64,000 nucleotides of DNA from Haliotis rufescens (Eukaryota), in the NCBI RefSeq assembly GCF_023055435.1, contig NW_025964112.1, positions 53,878,001 to 53,942,000 on the forward strand, given 5' to 3'. This document shows positions 49,488-62,200 of the stretch, one piece after another. Under the pieces are notes generated by a model that was not told the origin of the DNA, made no database searches, and worked only from the letters and a program-made list of their open reading frames with translations. Positions within the stretch are counted from its first letter, which is position 1; each line of letters starts with the position of its first letter. The translations under genes were made by a program, and so were the position numbers.

Positions 49488-49661
49488 TAGAATAGTTTGG
49501 TACGAGTTGATAGAACGACCCAAAGAACGGGACACACTCTGCCATCAATGAACGCAATACTAGAATTAGTTGGGCACAAGTTGATAGAACAACCTAAAGA
49601 ACGGGACACACCCTGCCATCAATGAACGCAATACCAGAATTAGTTGGGCACGAGTTGATAG
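49488..49661 (-). repeat. ~74-bp tandem duplication (2+ copies) of the IgGFc/PAN gene stop-codon region
   Basis: agaattagttgggcacgagttgatag repeats at ~49489, 49562 and 49636. Confidence 0.85.
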
Positions 49662-52600
49662 TACGTCCAGTCTGCGCTGTCTTGTTCTCCGTCAGTCTCG
49701 GTGAACAGCAGCTCACAGTTGATGTCCATTGGCGACGCGTTCAGTAGGAAGTTCACACCTTCACATTCCGCGTAGTTGAGGCAGAAGGAGAAACAAGCTT
49801 GGAGGGATGGTACAGTGAGTAACTTCATCCGCTGTGACGTCATTCTTTTTCCTACATTTGCGAGCTGATCTCGGGACTGAACTGTAACAGATAACTGTAC
49901 TGTGAACGTTGTTTGAAAATAATTATAATAATTCTCGTGGATCCTTTATGTTTATCATGCCTACCATTATGCAGTAGAAATAATAGCAATAGGTTTCTCT
50001 AGGGACAAGGGACCGCCTCCGTGGTCTAGTGGTAGAGCGTCCGCCCGGAGAGCGGAAGGTCCGGGGTTCGATCCCCGGCCGCGTACTACAGAAAGACGTT
50101 AAAAGATGGTACTTGTTGTTACCCTGTCTGGCGCTCGGCATTAAGGGGCTAAAACAAGGACTGGTCGGCTCGGAGTCAGTATACTGTGTCTGAGTGGGGT
50201 ATTCATGTTAAACTGCGGCATGGTACCTCAGTGAGCTAGCACTATCTAGCACTATCGGCATCAGTCCGGACTAGTACAAGCAGCCACACACACACATACA
50301 CGTGCACTGCACTACTCCTGCTACGCGACGGCAGCCTGTTAACAAACCACATAATGGAGTTATGGTCCAGAAAGTCCAACTCAAAGGTAGCGCACTTACT
50401 TAACCCAAAACTACGTTAATTTTTCTGCGAGGCAGGAGTAGTGCAGTGCGGCGTCAGCCAACAACAAACAGTAGCAGGTGCTGGTAGGACAGGACATGTC
50501 TACCCTTTTCGTGGACACCTGATGATATCACTGATATTTAGTAACATAACATTTACAGCACTTATAACGAAGCACAGTTGATGTCTTTCGCTCGTGGACG
50601 TATATAAGCTTATGTCTCATACAAACCTTGGGATTGGCTGCATTCAGGGATCACTTTCTGAAATGAAACAAATTATAGACATCAATTCATTACACTTGCA
50701 CAAATAATAATGCTACATTGAAGAGGTCATCTGAAGTTCGAGATAAACGATATTATATTTTATTCACAAGATAAGTTTCAAGAAAATCATGTTTTTGAGT
50801 TCCGGTTGACAACTTTGATTTTAACAGAAGAAACTATTCAAGCGCACACTCATACAACCAAGTCTGTCAGCCTCAAAGACTTTAACACAACAACCAAAAC
50901 ATAATTGGAATTCAGCTGCTGTACACTTAAAGCGAGGCCATACTAAACATACAGTGTGGTTCATAAATATACAACGATAAAGCCCCGCAGTGAATAAAAC
51001 TAAGCTTGCCAGCTCTTTAACAGTGTATGCATTTTTGAACGGGGATTATTCTCCCGATACTGCCCATCTTAAATGATATGCTGAGATGTGGAGTTTGGGT
51101 TAAGGTTCACTGAACGCTTGCAGCACTCCAGACAATACACCAAAAGAATAAACCGATACGTCCACAATAATTCAACAAAGTAGCCGTTCATGCAGATGTT
51201 TCAAATATATACAAGGTTTTACTGCGACACCATCTGTACATTTTGATGCGCCCATATATATATATGCAGGGGATAGTCGTAGTAATTGAGTTGTAAGGGA
51301 TCGAGACACCACAAATAGAATAAATCAATTCATGTCTAGTGATTTTCAATATTAAATACTCAATAATATCTTAAATACATTTATTCTAGATAATAATCAG
51401 TCTCAATTATCTGCTGAAACAGATTGCGTTGTGCATAAAAGGCAAAACTGCAGTGACAATTGTGTGAATGAATCACTCATAATCAGTGACAAGCGAAAAG
51501 AGTGTGCAAGTCCTGCCATCTTATTACTGAATATATCCTTTGTATTTATGCTTTTCACTGTGTAATTCAATAAATATTACTTACATCTCTTTCATTGGCT
51601 TCAAATGCAATTGCATATGCTTGACAATAGTCGAAGCCCAGTATATACACAGCCAACGGCTTCCCTCGTCTGTGTCTCAGGACTCTGGCCTCCATATTAT
51701 CTGTCACCAGATAGAAGCAGGCTGAGATATTGGTGTTCGTGACTGGCATCCATGCTGCTCCTGAGAGGGCAACGTCGTCCAACAGAATGTCGTCCACGCC
51801 GTCGTTCTCGACCATGATGACAAGGTATCTACGGGGGCCAGAGAACGCTGTGGCATCCGGCACTGTGATTGTGTAAAGCAGGCCCCTCAGTGGAAGGGGA
51901 TGAAGCATGTACGTGGACACATCACCCTGGATACTGCCAGAATGACCTGATCCGGTTGTCATGGATACGACTACTGGTTTCGACATTTCAATCAATTTGA
52001 ACTGATTTCGCTGAATACGTAGCCTAGTTATCTCCCTTGCATTGGCGAGTATTGACGTTGTTCCATCAAACGAGATCTCTGTGTCGGCTTGTGTGGAGAC
52101 GATGTTAATGTAATCCTGGACATCAGACAAAGGTAATCCAAAAGCAATGTAATTAGTACCTATTTTATCTAAACTAAGAAGTTGAGTTATTTGCCCGTCC
52201 GCACAAAGATCCATGGAAGATGAGGTCCTATTTACTCCAGTCAAAACGGCAATAGGTTTGTTGGATGTGATGTACGTTCCAGAAAGCTCACTGGCAGATT
52301 GAATCTGAAACGTTTGGTTCTCCTGCAATGTGACTGAAAATTCCCTAGATAATATCTCCGAAAGTCCATTTATTACTGCAGAAATGTTAGCATGTGACTC
52401 TGGAAGGCTGACCTTCACCTGAGTGTTTGGGAAAGGGGAGACTACTCCCACCGTTGCTGCACCGAATGAACTGTAGGAGTCAGGCGCCACGACCACATAC
52501 TCCTTTCCCAGTTGGCTCGTCTCCTTCACTTGATACATATCAAGGTTCGACCCTTCAGCGTTCAGTGCTAGCACTGTAACATCGTCGGAGGCCACGACGC

Positions 52601-52895
52601 GGATTATCCTGTTTGACGTCGTAGTTCCTGTCGGCATCTGTACATCATGGGACAATATGACCTTGGTTCTTTGTCCTGGGTCAAGCGTGAGGTTTTGGAA
52701 AGGAGCTGCGTTGTTTAGATAAGGAACAATCACTTGAACTGTAACTGGTTGAGGGCGCGATGAGGTTATGTACAGGTACATATTTTTGGCCAGGCTATCA
52801 AAGTTCTGTGTAAAAACCGTCACGTATGTTCTTTCTGAAATTGAGAATGATAAAGTGATCAGTTTCAAAGCAGACGAATAACCAATGCCGAACAT
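49640..52895 (-). CDS. IgGFc-binding-protein N-terminal-domain protein with a C-terminal PAN/apple-like domain; 5' end uncertain
   Basis: 442-aa ORF with FCGBP-N-type motifs (YVTVFTQN, LYITS, IRVVASDDVTVLALN, LGKEYVVV, LQENQTFQIQS..ELSGTYITSNKPIAVLTG). Donor GAT|gtaagt at 51585; 31-nt microexon 50657-50627; last exon 49881-49640 (SLQACFSFCLNYAECEGVNF...CELL). A strong acceptor at 52835 (tttcag|) suggests an unlocated upstream signal-peptide exon. Confidence 0.8.
50009..50300 (+). mobile_element. SINE family E (tRNA-derived head, central domain resembling the Meta-SINE core, (AC)n tail)
   Basis: TGGTCTAGTGG A box, GGTTCGATCCC B box, aaagacgttaaaagatggtacttgttgttaccctgtctggcgctcggcattaaggg. 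The domain name is from memory and is not verified. Confidence 0.75.
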
Positions 52896-53112
52896 GAATA
52901 TACTTGGTTCTGCAGCTTGGAACCCTCATCAACTCATCAATGTACCTGAAGCTTACGTTAAACTTTTGGTCTAATTCCCTTTTTTTCAGTGTGGTGTAAA
53001 GTCCAGTCCTTGTGACTGCCAGGGTTCATCATGTAACTTCCAACCTACTGGACATATTATCTACTCTATTGTTGATAACACCAACATTCGTCAGTTATTT
53101 AAATATGGACCG

Positions 53113-53222
53113 ACCCGTGAAGATTCCTGGGTAGAATAGGTCTTCAGCAACCCATGCTTGCCGCAAAAGGCGACTCTGCTTGCTCATGAGTGCGGCGTTA
53201 AACAACAAACCAACCAACCAAC
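53113..53222 (+). mobile_element. SINE-like family B, internally deleted (head joined to tail)
   Basis: acccgtgaagattcctgggtagaatagg...gagtgcggcgttaaacaacaaaccaacc. Confidence 0.8.
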
Positions 53223-53769
53223 TAATAAGGACCAAACTTTCGTGAACAGCCTCTACCAAGGCCGGTTACAAGTTTAAGATCGTTATAGATACTGTCAAAG
53301 TGTATGCCAAAACAATGATCAATATAGAAGTTGAACCTACTGAGTGGATTACTTCAAATTATTTTTAGTGTGAAGTTTACACGGTATAGAGCGTTTCCAT
53401 TGGACGCGATTCCGGTCACATTGACCTCGTTCATACGAAGCTGTATTCTTGAAATGATATAAACACTGACGGACTACTTCCATACTGTACCTTTTCCCTC
53501 AGCGACGTCCATCAGTTGCACTTCCCTCTAATAAATTGAGTACTCGGTAATAAAGAATGCAGATTAGAGACAGATATTCCCGAGAGACATCACTCACAAG
53601 GGGAGGGTGGGAGGTTGACACAAAATACCTCTTTTCACATGGATACACCAATGTCTCCTTCCTCCACTCTGGACACGTAGTACGACCTCACCCTTGTCAA
53701 ATCGAGAAAGCGGCTAACGGTTCGTTTCATCGCCAGATGTCGCTGAGGATCTACCCACATGTTTCCTTA

Positions 53770-56700
53770 GTACTGCATGAACACTACATAAACACTTTAT
53801 CTACGAAATGAACATTGCATGTAATAAGTGAATACTGCATGTATCGCATGAACACTACATAAACGCTCCATGTACTGCATGAACACTGCATGTACTTCAT
53901 GAACACTACCGTATGTACTGCATGAATACTGCATGTACAGCATGAACACTGCATGTACCGCATGAACACTGCATGTACTGCATGAACACTGCATATACTG
54001 CATGAACACTGCATGTACTTCATTAACACAGCATGTACCACATGAACATTCCATTTACTGCATGAACACTCCATGTACCACATGAACACTGCATGTACCA
54101 CATGAACACTCTATGTACTGAATGAACACTGCATGTACTGAATGAACACTGCAAGAACACTGCATGTACCACATGAACACTCTATGTACTGAATGAACAC
54201 TGCATGTACTGAATGAACACTGCATGTACTGCATGTACTGCAAGAACACTGCATGTACCACATGAACACTGCATGTACTGCAAGAACACTGCATCTACTG
54301 CATGTACAGCATGAACACTGAATGTACCACATGAACACTGCATGTACGTCAAGAACACTGAATGTACTGCATGAACACTGCATGTACCAAATGAACACTG
54401 CATGTACGTCATGAACACTGAATGTACTGCATGAACACTGCATGTACCACATGAACACTGCATGTACTGAATGAACACTGCATGTACCACATGAACACTG
54501 CATGTACCACATGAACACTGCATGTACCACATGAACACTGCATGTACCACATGAACACTGCATGTACGACATGAACACTGCATGTACTTCATGAACACAG
54601 CATGTACCACATGAACATTCCATTTACTGCATGAACACTCCATGTATCACATGAACACTGCATGTACTTCATGAACACAGCATGTACCACATGAACATTC
54701 CTTTTACTGCATGAACACTCCATGTACCACATGAACACTGCATGTACCACATGAACACTGCATGTACCACATGAACACTCTATGTACTGAATGAACGCTG
54801 CATGTACTGCAAGAACACTGCATGTACCACATGAACACTGCATGTACTGCAAGAACACTGCATCTACTGCATAAACACTGCATGTACAGCATGAACACTA
54901 TATGTACCACATGAACACTGCATGTACCACATGAACACTGCATGTACTGCAAGAACACTGCATCTACTGCATAAACACTGCATGTACAGCATGAACACTG
55001 CATGTACCACATGAACACTGCATGTACTGCAAGAACACTGCATCTACTGCATAAACACTGCATGTACCACATGAACACTGCATGTACCACATGAACACTG
55101 CATGTACGTCATGAACACTGAATGTACTGCATGAACACTGCATGTGCCACATGAACACTGCATGTACTGCATGAACACTGCATGTACAACATGAACACTG
55201 CATGTACCACATGAACACTGCATGTACAGCATGAACAATGCATGTACTGCATGAACACTGCATGTACTTCATGAACACTGCATATACCACATGAACACTC
55301 CATGTTCAGCATGAGTACTGCATGTACAACATGAACACTGCATGTACGGCATGAACACTGCATGTACAGCATCAAAACTCCATGTATCACATGAACACTG
55401 CATATACCACATGAACACTCCATGTACGGCATGAACACTGCATGTACCACATGAACACTGCATGTACCACATGAACACTACATGTACGGCATGAACACTG
55501 CATGTACCACATGAACACTGCATGTACCACATGAACACTGCATGTACTGAATGAACACTGAATATACTGCATGAACACTGCATGTACCTCATGAACACTG
55601 CATGTACCACGTCATGAATACTCCATGTACCACATGAACACTGCATGTACCGCATGAACACTGCATGTGCCGCATGAACACTGCATGTACCACATGAACA
55701 CTGCATGTACCACATGAACACAGCATGTACCACATGAACACTGCATGTACTGCATCAAAACTCAGTGTATCACATGAACACTGCAAATACCACATGAACA
55801 CTCCATGTACAGCATGAACACTGCATGTACGGCATGAACACTGCATGTACCATATGAACACTGCATGTACCACATGAACACTGCATGTACAGCATGAACA
55901 CTGAATGTACTGCAAGAACAATGCATGTACCTCATGAACACTGCATGTACCACGTCATGAACACTGCATGTACCACATGAACACTGCATGTACCGCATGA
56001 ACACTGCATGTACTGCATGAACACTGCATGTACCACATGAACACTGCATGTACTGCATGAACACTGCATGTACCACATGAACACAGCATGTACCACATGA
56101 ACACTGCATGTACCACATGAACACTGCATGTACCGCATGGACACTGCATAAACACTGCATATTTCGCATGAACACTGCATGTACTGCATGAACACTGCAT
56201 GTACTGCAAGAATATTGCATGTACTGCAAGAATATTGCATGTACTGCAAGAATATTGCATATACAGCATGAACACTGCATGTACTGCATGAACACTGCAT
56301 GTACCACATGAACACAGCATGTACTGCATGAACACTGCATGTACTGCAAGAATATTGCATGTACTGCAAGAATATTGCATATACAGCATGAACACTGCAT
56401 GTACTGCATGAACACTGCATGTACCACATGAACACAGCATGTACCACATGAACACTGCATGTACCGCATGGACACTCCATTTACCGCATGGACACTGCAT
56501 GAACACTTCATGTACTGCATGAACACTGCATGTACTGCAAGAATATTGCATGTACAGCATGAACACTGCATCTAAAGGATCAACACTGCATGTACCGCAT
56601 GAACACTATATACCACGTGAAAACTGCATGTACGGCATGAACACTGCATGTACCACATGAACACTGCATGTACTGCATGTACTTCATGAACACTGCATGT

Positions 56701-59015
56701 AACACATGAACACTGCATGTACCACATGAACACCATTTGTACCACATGAACACTGCATGTACCTCATGAACACTGCATGTACCACATGACCACTGCATGT
56801 ACAGCATGAACACTACATGTACCACATGAACACTCTATGTACCACATGAACATAACATGTACCACATGAACACTCCATGTACCATATTAACACTGCATGT
56901 ACCACATGAACACTGCATGTACCACGTCATGAACACTGCATGAAAGGAGTGAAAACTGCATGTACTGCAAGAACACTATATGTACTGCATGAACACTATA
57001 TCTACCATTTGAACACTGCATGTACTGCAAGAACAATGCATGTACCGCATGAACACTGCATGTACAACTTGAACACTGCATCTACCACATGGACACTACA
57101 TGTACACCATGAACACTGCATAAACACTTTATGTACCACATGAACACTGCATCTACTGCAAGAATACTGCATGTACCGCATGAACACTGCATGTACCACA
57201 TGAACACTGCATGTACCGCATGTACCGCATGAACACTGCATGTACCGCATGAACACTGCATGTACTGCAAGAAAACTTCATGTACTGCAAGAACACTTTA
57301 TGTACCACATGAACACTGCATGTACTGCATAAACACTGCATGTACCGCATGAACACTGCATGTACAACTTGAACACTGCATCTACCACATGAACACTACA
57401 TGTACCGCATGGACACTACATGTACCGCATGGACACTACATGTACAGCATGAACACTGCATAAACACTTTATGTACCACATGAACACTGCATGTAATAAG
57501 TGAATACTGCATGTACTGCATGAACACTGCATGTACAGCATGAACACCATATGTACCGCATATACACTACATTAACACTCCATGTACTGCACGAACACTG
57601 CAGCTACTGCATGAACCGCATGTACACCATATGTACACTGCATGTACCGCATGAGCACTGCATGTACCACATGAACACTACATGAACACTCCATGTACTG
57701 CATGTACTTCATGAACACTCTATGTACTGCATAAACACTGCATGTACTGTATGAACACTGCATGTACCATATGAACACTGTATGTACCGCATGTACCTCA
57801 TGAACACTGCATGTATCGCATGTACCACATGAACACTGCTTGTACCGCATGTACCTCATGAACACTGCATGTATCGCATGAATACTGCATGTACCATATG
57901 AACACTGTATGTACCGCATGTACCACATGAACATTGCTTGTACCGCATGTACCTCATGAACACTGCATGTATCGCATAAACACTGCATGTACCATATGAA
58001 CACTGTATGTACCGCATGTACCTCATGTACCGCATGTACTGTATGAACACTGTATGTACCGCATGTACCTCATGTACCGCATGTACCATATGAACACTGT
58101 ATGTACCGCATGTACCTCATGTACCGCATGTACTGTATGAACACTGTATGTACCGCATGTACCTCATGTACCGCATGTACTGTATGAACACTGTATGTAC
58201 CGCATGTACCTCATGTACCGCATGTACTGTATGAACACTGTATGTACCGCATGTACCTCATGTACCGCATGTACTGTATGAACACTGTATGTACCGCATG
58301 TACCGCATGTACTGTATGAACACTGTATGTACCGCATGTACCGCATGTACTGTATGAACACTGTATGTACCGCATGTACCGCATGTACTGTATGAACACT
58401 GTATGTACCGCATGTACCTCATGTACCGCATGTACTGTATGAACACTGTATGTACCGCATGTACCTCATGTGCCGCATGTACTGTATGAACACTGTATGT
58501 ACCGCATGTACCTCATGTACCGCATGTACTGTATGAACACTGTATGTACCGCATGTACCTCATGTACCGCATGTACTGTATGAACACTGTATGTACCGCA
58601 TGTACCTAATGTACCGCATGTACTGTATGAACACTGTATGTACCGCATGTACCGCATGTACTGTATGAACACTGTATGTACCGCATGTACCTCATGTACC
58701 GCATGTACTGTATGAACACTGTATGTACCGCATGTACCTCATGTACCGCATGTACTGTATGAACACTGTATGTACCGCATGTACCTCATGTACCGCATGT
58801 ACTGTATGAACACTGTATGTACCGCATGTACCTCATGTACCGCTTGTACTGTATGAACACTGTATGTACCGCATGTACCGCATGTACCGCATGTACCATA
58901 TGAACACTGTATGTACCGCATGTACCTCATGTACCGCATGTACTGTATGAACACTGTATGTACCGCATGTACCTCATGAACACTGCATGTATCGCATGAA
59001 TACTGCATGAACACA
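53770..59015. repeat. 5.2-kb satellite/minisatellite (catgaacactgcatgtacca, 20 bp) grading into 29/38-bp units
   Basis: Continuous tandem array; the Cys/His-rich ORFs are repeat artefacts. Confidence 0.97.
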
Positions 59016-59018
59016 CCC

Positions 59019-59147
59019 AAGTTGGAGCGTCCTCCGAAAGATACAATTACATGTTGGAGAGTGACATCATCGTACCAATTGACAGTGAATGGAGTTCACC
59101 ATGGAACCTGGTATCCAAGCCTGACAACACCTGCAGATGTTGTACAG
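59019..59147 (+). mobile_element. Gypsy/Ty3 LTR-retrotransposon reverse-transcriptase fragment
   Basis: 59051-59146 encodes MLESDIIVPIDSEWSSPWNLVSKPDNTCRCCT, matching the Gypsy RT N-terminus (ML..GII.PS.S.W.SP..LV.K.DG..RFC.DYR). Confidence 0.75.
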
Positions 59148-62100
59148 TGAGGGAGGTAAGATTTATAGTCCCATCGGCAGTATTTCAGCCATATCGTGAC
59201 CAACAAAAGTAATACAAAATATATACATTTAAACAATAAAAACCTGTCAACGAAGGACTGTAAAATGATTAGAATATCACAGATTATTATTTAAAACTAG
59301 TATACAACCATAAAAGATTTCAATATATGTAACGATTCAATATAAAAAAGGCTATAGATCGCCAGCAACTGAAGGTAGATCACCTCACTAAGGACCATGG
59401 GGACTTACAGTTCTTTTGTTATCTGCATGGACCCTAGCAGGATTTACATTATCCCTTCAGGTGCTGGCGATTAGTGACAAATGTTGCCGAAGTAAAGAAC
59501 ACATATTCTGCAATTAAAACTGTGCCAGTAATAATTATACTTGGAATGACGTGGTCACACGTGCCATCTCTGGGGGGACAATCGTTTTACACTACTTCAA
59601 CCCCCTTCGAGTGTACAGCCTCTGACAGTCTTGGTTATCAAATGTATTCTGCCAATATCAAAAGGTATTTTTTTTTAAAAATTATACAGGACTTAGTAAT
59701 CAAAACTTTTGACACAATTCAATTTCCTTTAAAAAACATATAACTAAATCAATGCTAACATTTACAAAAAGATCCTTGAGAGAAATACTTATCCCTTGTA
59801 TTGGCAAAATCAATAAATTCCTCAGACCTTGATGGTAAATAGGATCTAGAGTTTTTAAACTGCATTTACAAGCTCCACCATAAATGATGGAGCCATTATC
59901 TAGTGGAGCGGATAAGTTCTCTGTATAGTTGAAGGAGGGTTTTCTGATCTCCTCCCCACTTAGAGTTTGAGACAACTTTCAGTAAGTCAAGGGCCTTCAG
60001 CCTTTTATTCTTCAAATATTTAATTTGAGGCAGAAAAGTCAAATGGTGATTGAAAATTATTCCAAGGAACTTGGTTTCTTTTACAACGTGAATAGGAGTG
60101 TTATCTAAAATTAGTTCCGGATCTTTGTGCGGTTTATATTTTCTACAAAAATAAATAACATTTTGTTTTGGATTTTAAGAATTTAAATCCATTTTCCAAA
60201 AAACATTTCTGGATTTTATTTAAACATAGCTGCAGTTGCATTCAATTGCATGAATGTTTTTGTTATTTAAATCATCCACAAAAAGTGATCCATCAATTGA
60301 ATCATTTGAAACTTTCGATAAGCTATTCATTTTAATGCAAAATAATGTGACAGATAAGATACTGCCTTGTGGGACACCCTGACCCTGGTTATAATGATCA
60401 GACAGGTTTGAACCCACGCGGAGTTAATAACTCGAAATGAATTGAGGCAAACGGCCTCGCAATCCCAAATCATGTAAATCGTATGAAAATACCATGTTCC
60501 CCATGCTTTTTCGAGATAGACAGAAAAGATAGACACTGCATGTTGTTTATTTGTTATTACTTCTGTATTTTTCTGGAAACCACATTGTATGTTAGTTATG
60601 AGATTATTGATTTCTATGTACCAAACTAGTCGATTATTTATCATGCGTTCCATGGTTTTATGGACCATCATTCATGGTCAATGATATTGGTCGTTAATTT
60701 GAAAGGTCTTTTTGATCTCGACCGGGTTTAGGTATTGGTATAAATATAGCATCACACCATGAAAAAGGAAATTTTCCTGTCGTCCAAATTTTATCAAAAG
60801 TAGTCAATAATGTTTCTAAAGATGAGTCTGGTAATTGCTTCAGGAGTTGATAATGAATGTATTCAGCTTCTGTAGCAGTAGTGAGCTTGTCCAAGGGCAG
60901 TATTGAGTTCATAAATTGAGAATAGTTCATTATGATCTTCCCTGTTATCTGAACGAAAATTTTGCTGTTTTTGATAATTTTGGAATTGAGGTACATAGTC
61001 AGATGAGGAAGAGTGTTTAGCCAAAGTTTCACCAAGACTATTTGTAATATCTGAGTTATTAAATGGTCCCCATTTTTAAGATGATGGATACTAGATTTAG
61101 TGCCCTTACCTTTGATTTTTTGGATCATGTTCCACAACGTGGACATTGGCGTTCTTGAACCTATTTTTGAAACATAATTTCGCCAAGATTGGCTTTTACT
61201 TTGTTTAAATGTACGCCATGCTTTTGCGTTTAAAATTTAAAATTTATTTAAATTATGGACCATAGGATGGCGGCGGAAATAACGCTTCGCCTTTTTCCTC
61301 GCCTTCCTAGCTCGCATGCAGTCATCGGTAAACCATGGTTTACGTAAAGAGGACTTTGGAACACATTCTTCAGCTATTTTGATGAGTTCATCAGAAAAGC
61401 ATTGTATTGGATCAGGAACGTCAGTAAAATGACCAGGTGTTAGTTTGGCTGTACAGAGAATGTCATATAGAGGCCAGTTAACTTTGGTAAAGTTCCATCG
61501 AGATGATGGAGGAACATCAGATGGGGTAGTAGGGTTAAGAATGGTTGGAAAGTGGTCACTCCCACAGACGTCATCGTGGACTGACCACTTAAATTCATTA
61601 AGGTTGGAAATCTGTAACAGTCAAATCAAGAGAAGAGTATGTGCCTGTACCAGGATGTAAATATGTTTTTGAATTATCAATAAAAGGTATAGAGTATTGA
61701 TGGAAATAAAATCTTCTAGGAGCTTGCCTTTACTGCTTGTATGATCACTACCCCAAAGTGGATTATGTCCGTTCATATCGCCCATTATGATACAGGGCCT
61801 AGGAAGCTGGTCATAGAGAGCTTGAGGATGCAGTTGGTGGAGTAACGTAAAGAGAGCACAGAGTGAAAACAATGTGCATGGTGATAGCAACCGCGATAGC
61901 TTATAAGGGGGCATTGAGAGATACAGGGCCTCACCACGACTGAAAATCCTACAGTTGCCTTAGCCCCTTGAGGTGAAAAGCAATGATAAGAATCGTATTG
62001 TCTAATGTTGAGCTGATCTGTTTTTTTAAAGTACGTTTCCTGTAGACAAATATGACATGAATTTGTCTACTAAATTTATTGCCAAGCTGGTTCTGCCAAT

Positions 62101-62198
62101 AACAACAATTTATAGACATTCAGAATTTAGAATTCAGCTGTCAACAAACCAGATTGGCCCATGAGCCACCGCTTTCTGGCATAGGAGTCTAGGCAATA
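59148..62198 (-). mobile_element. Decayed I-group (I/Nimb/Ingi-like) LINE: APE endonuclease + RT, frameshifted and internally deleted
   Basis: Fragments PCIIMGDMNGHNPLWGS, GSDHFP (APE), IPIPKPGRD, KTMERMINNRLVWY, QCGF, GVPQGSILSVTLF, SLFVDD, KETKFLGIIF, LDNGSIIYG..LDPIYHQGLR, FLKEIEL; the 3' end carries a SINE-like tail. Confidence 0.9.
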
Positions 62199-62200
62199 TA

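Noticed and set aside
53784-59020. Many Cys/His/Met-rich ORFs (metallothionein-like appearance)
   Set aside because: They are open in several overlapping frames only because the repeat unit lacks stops; no splice or start context.
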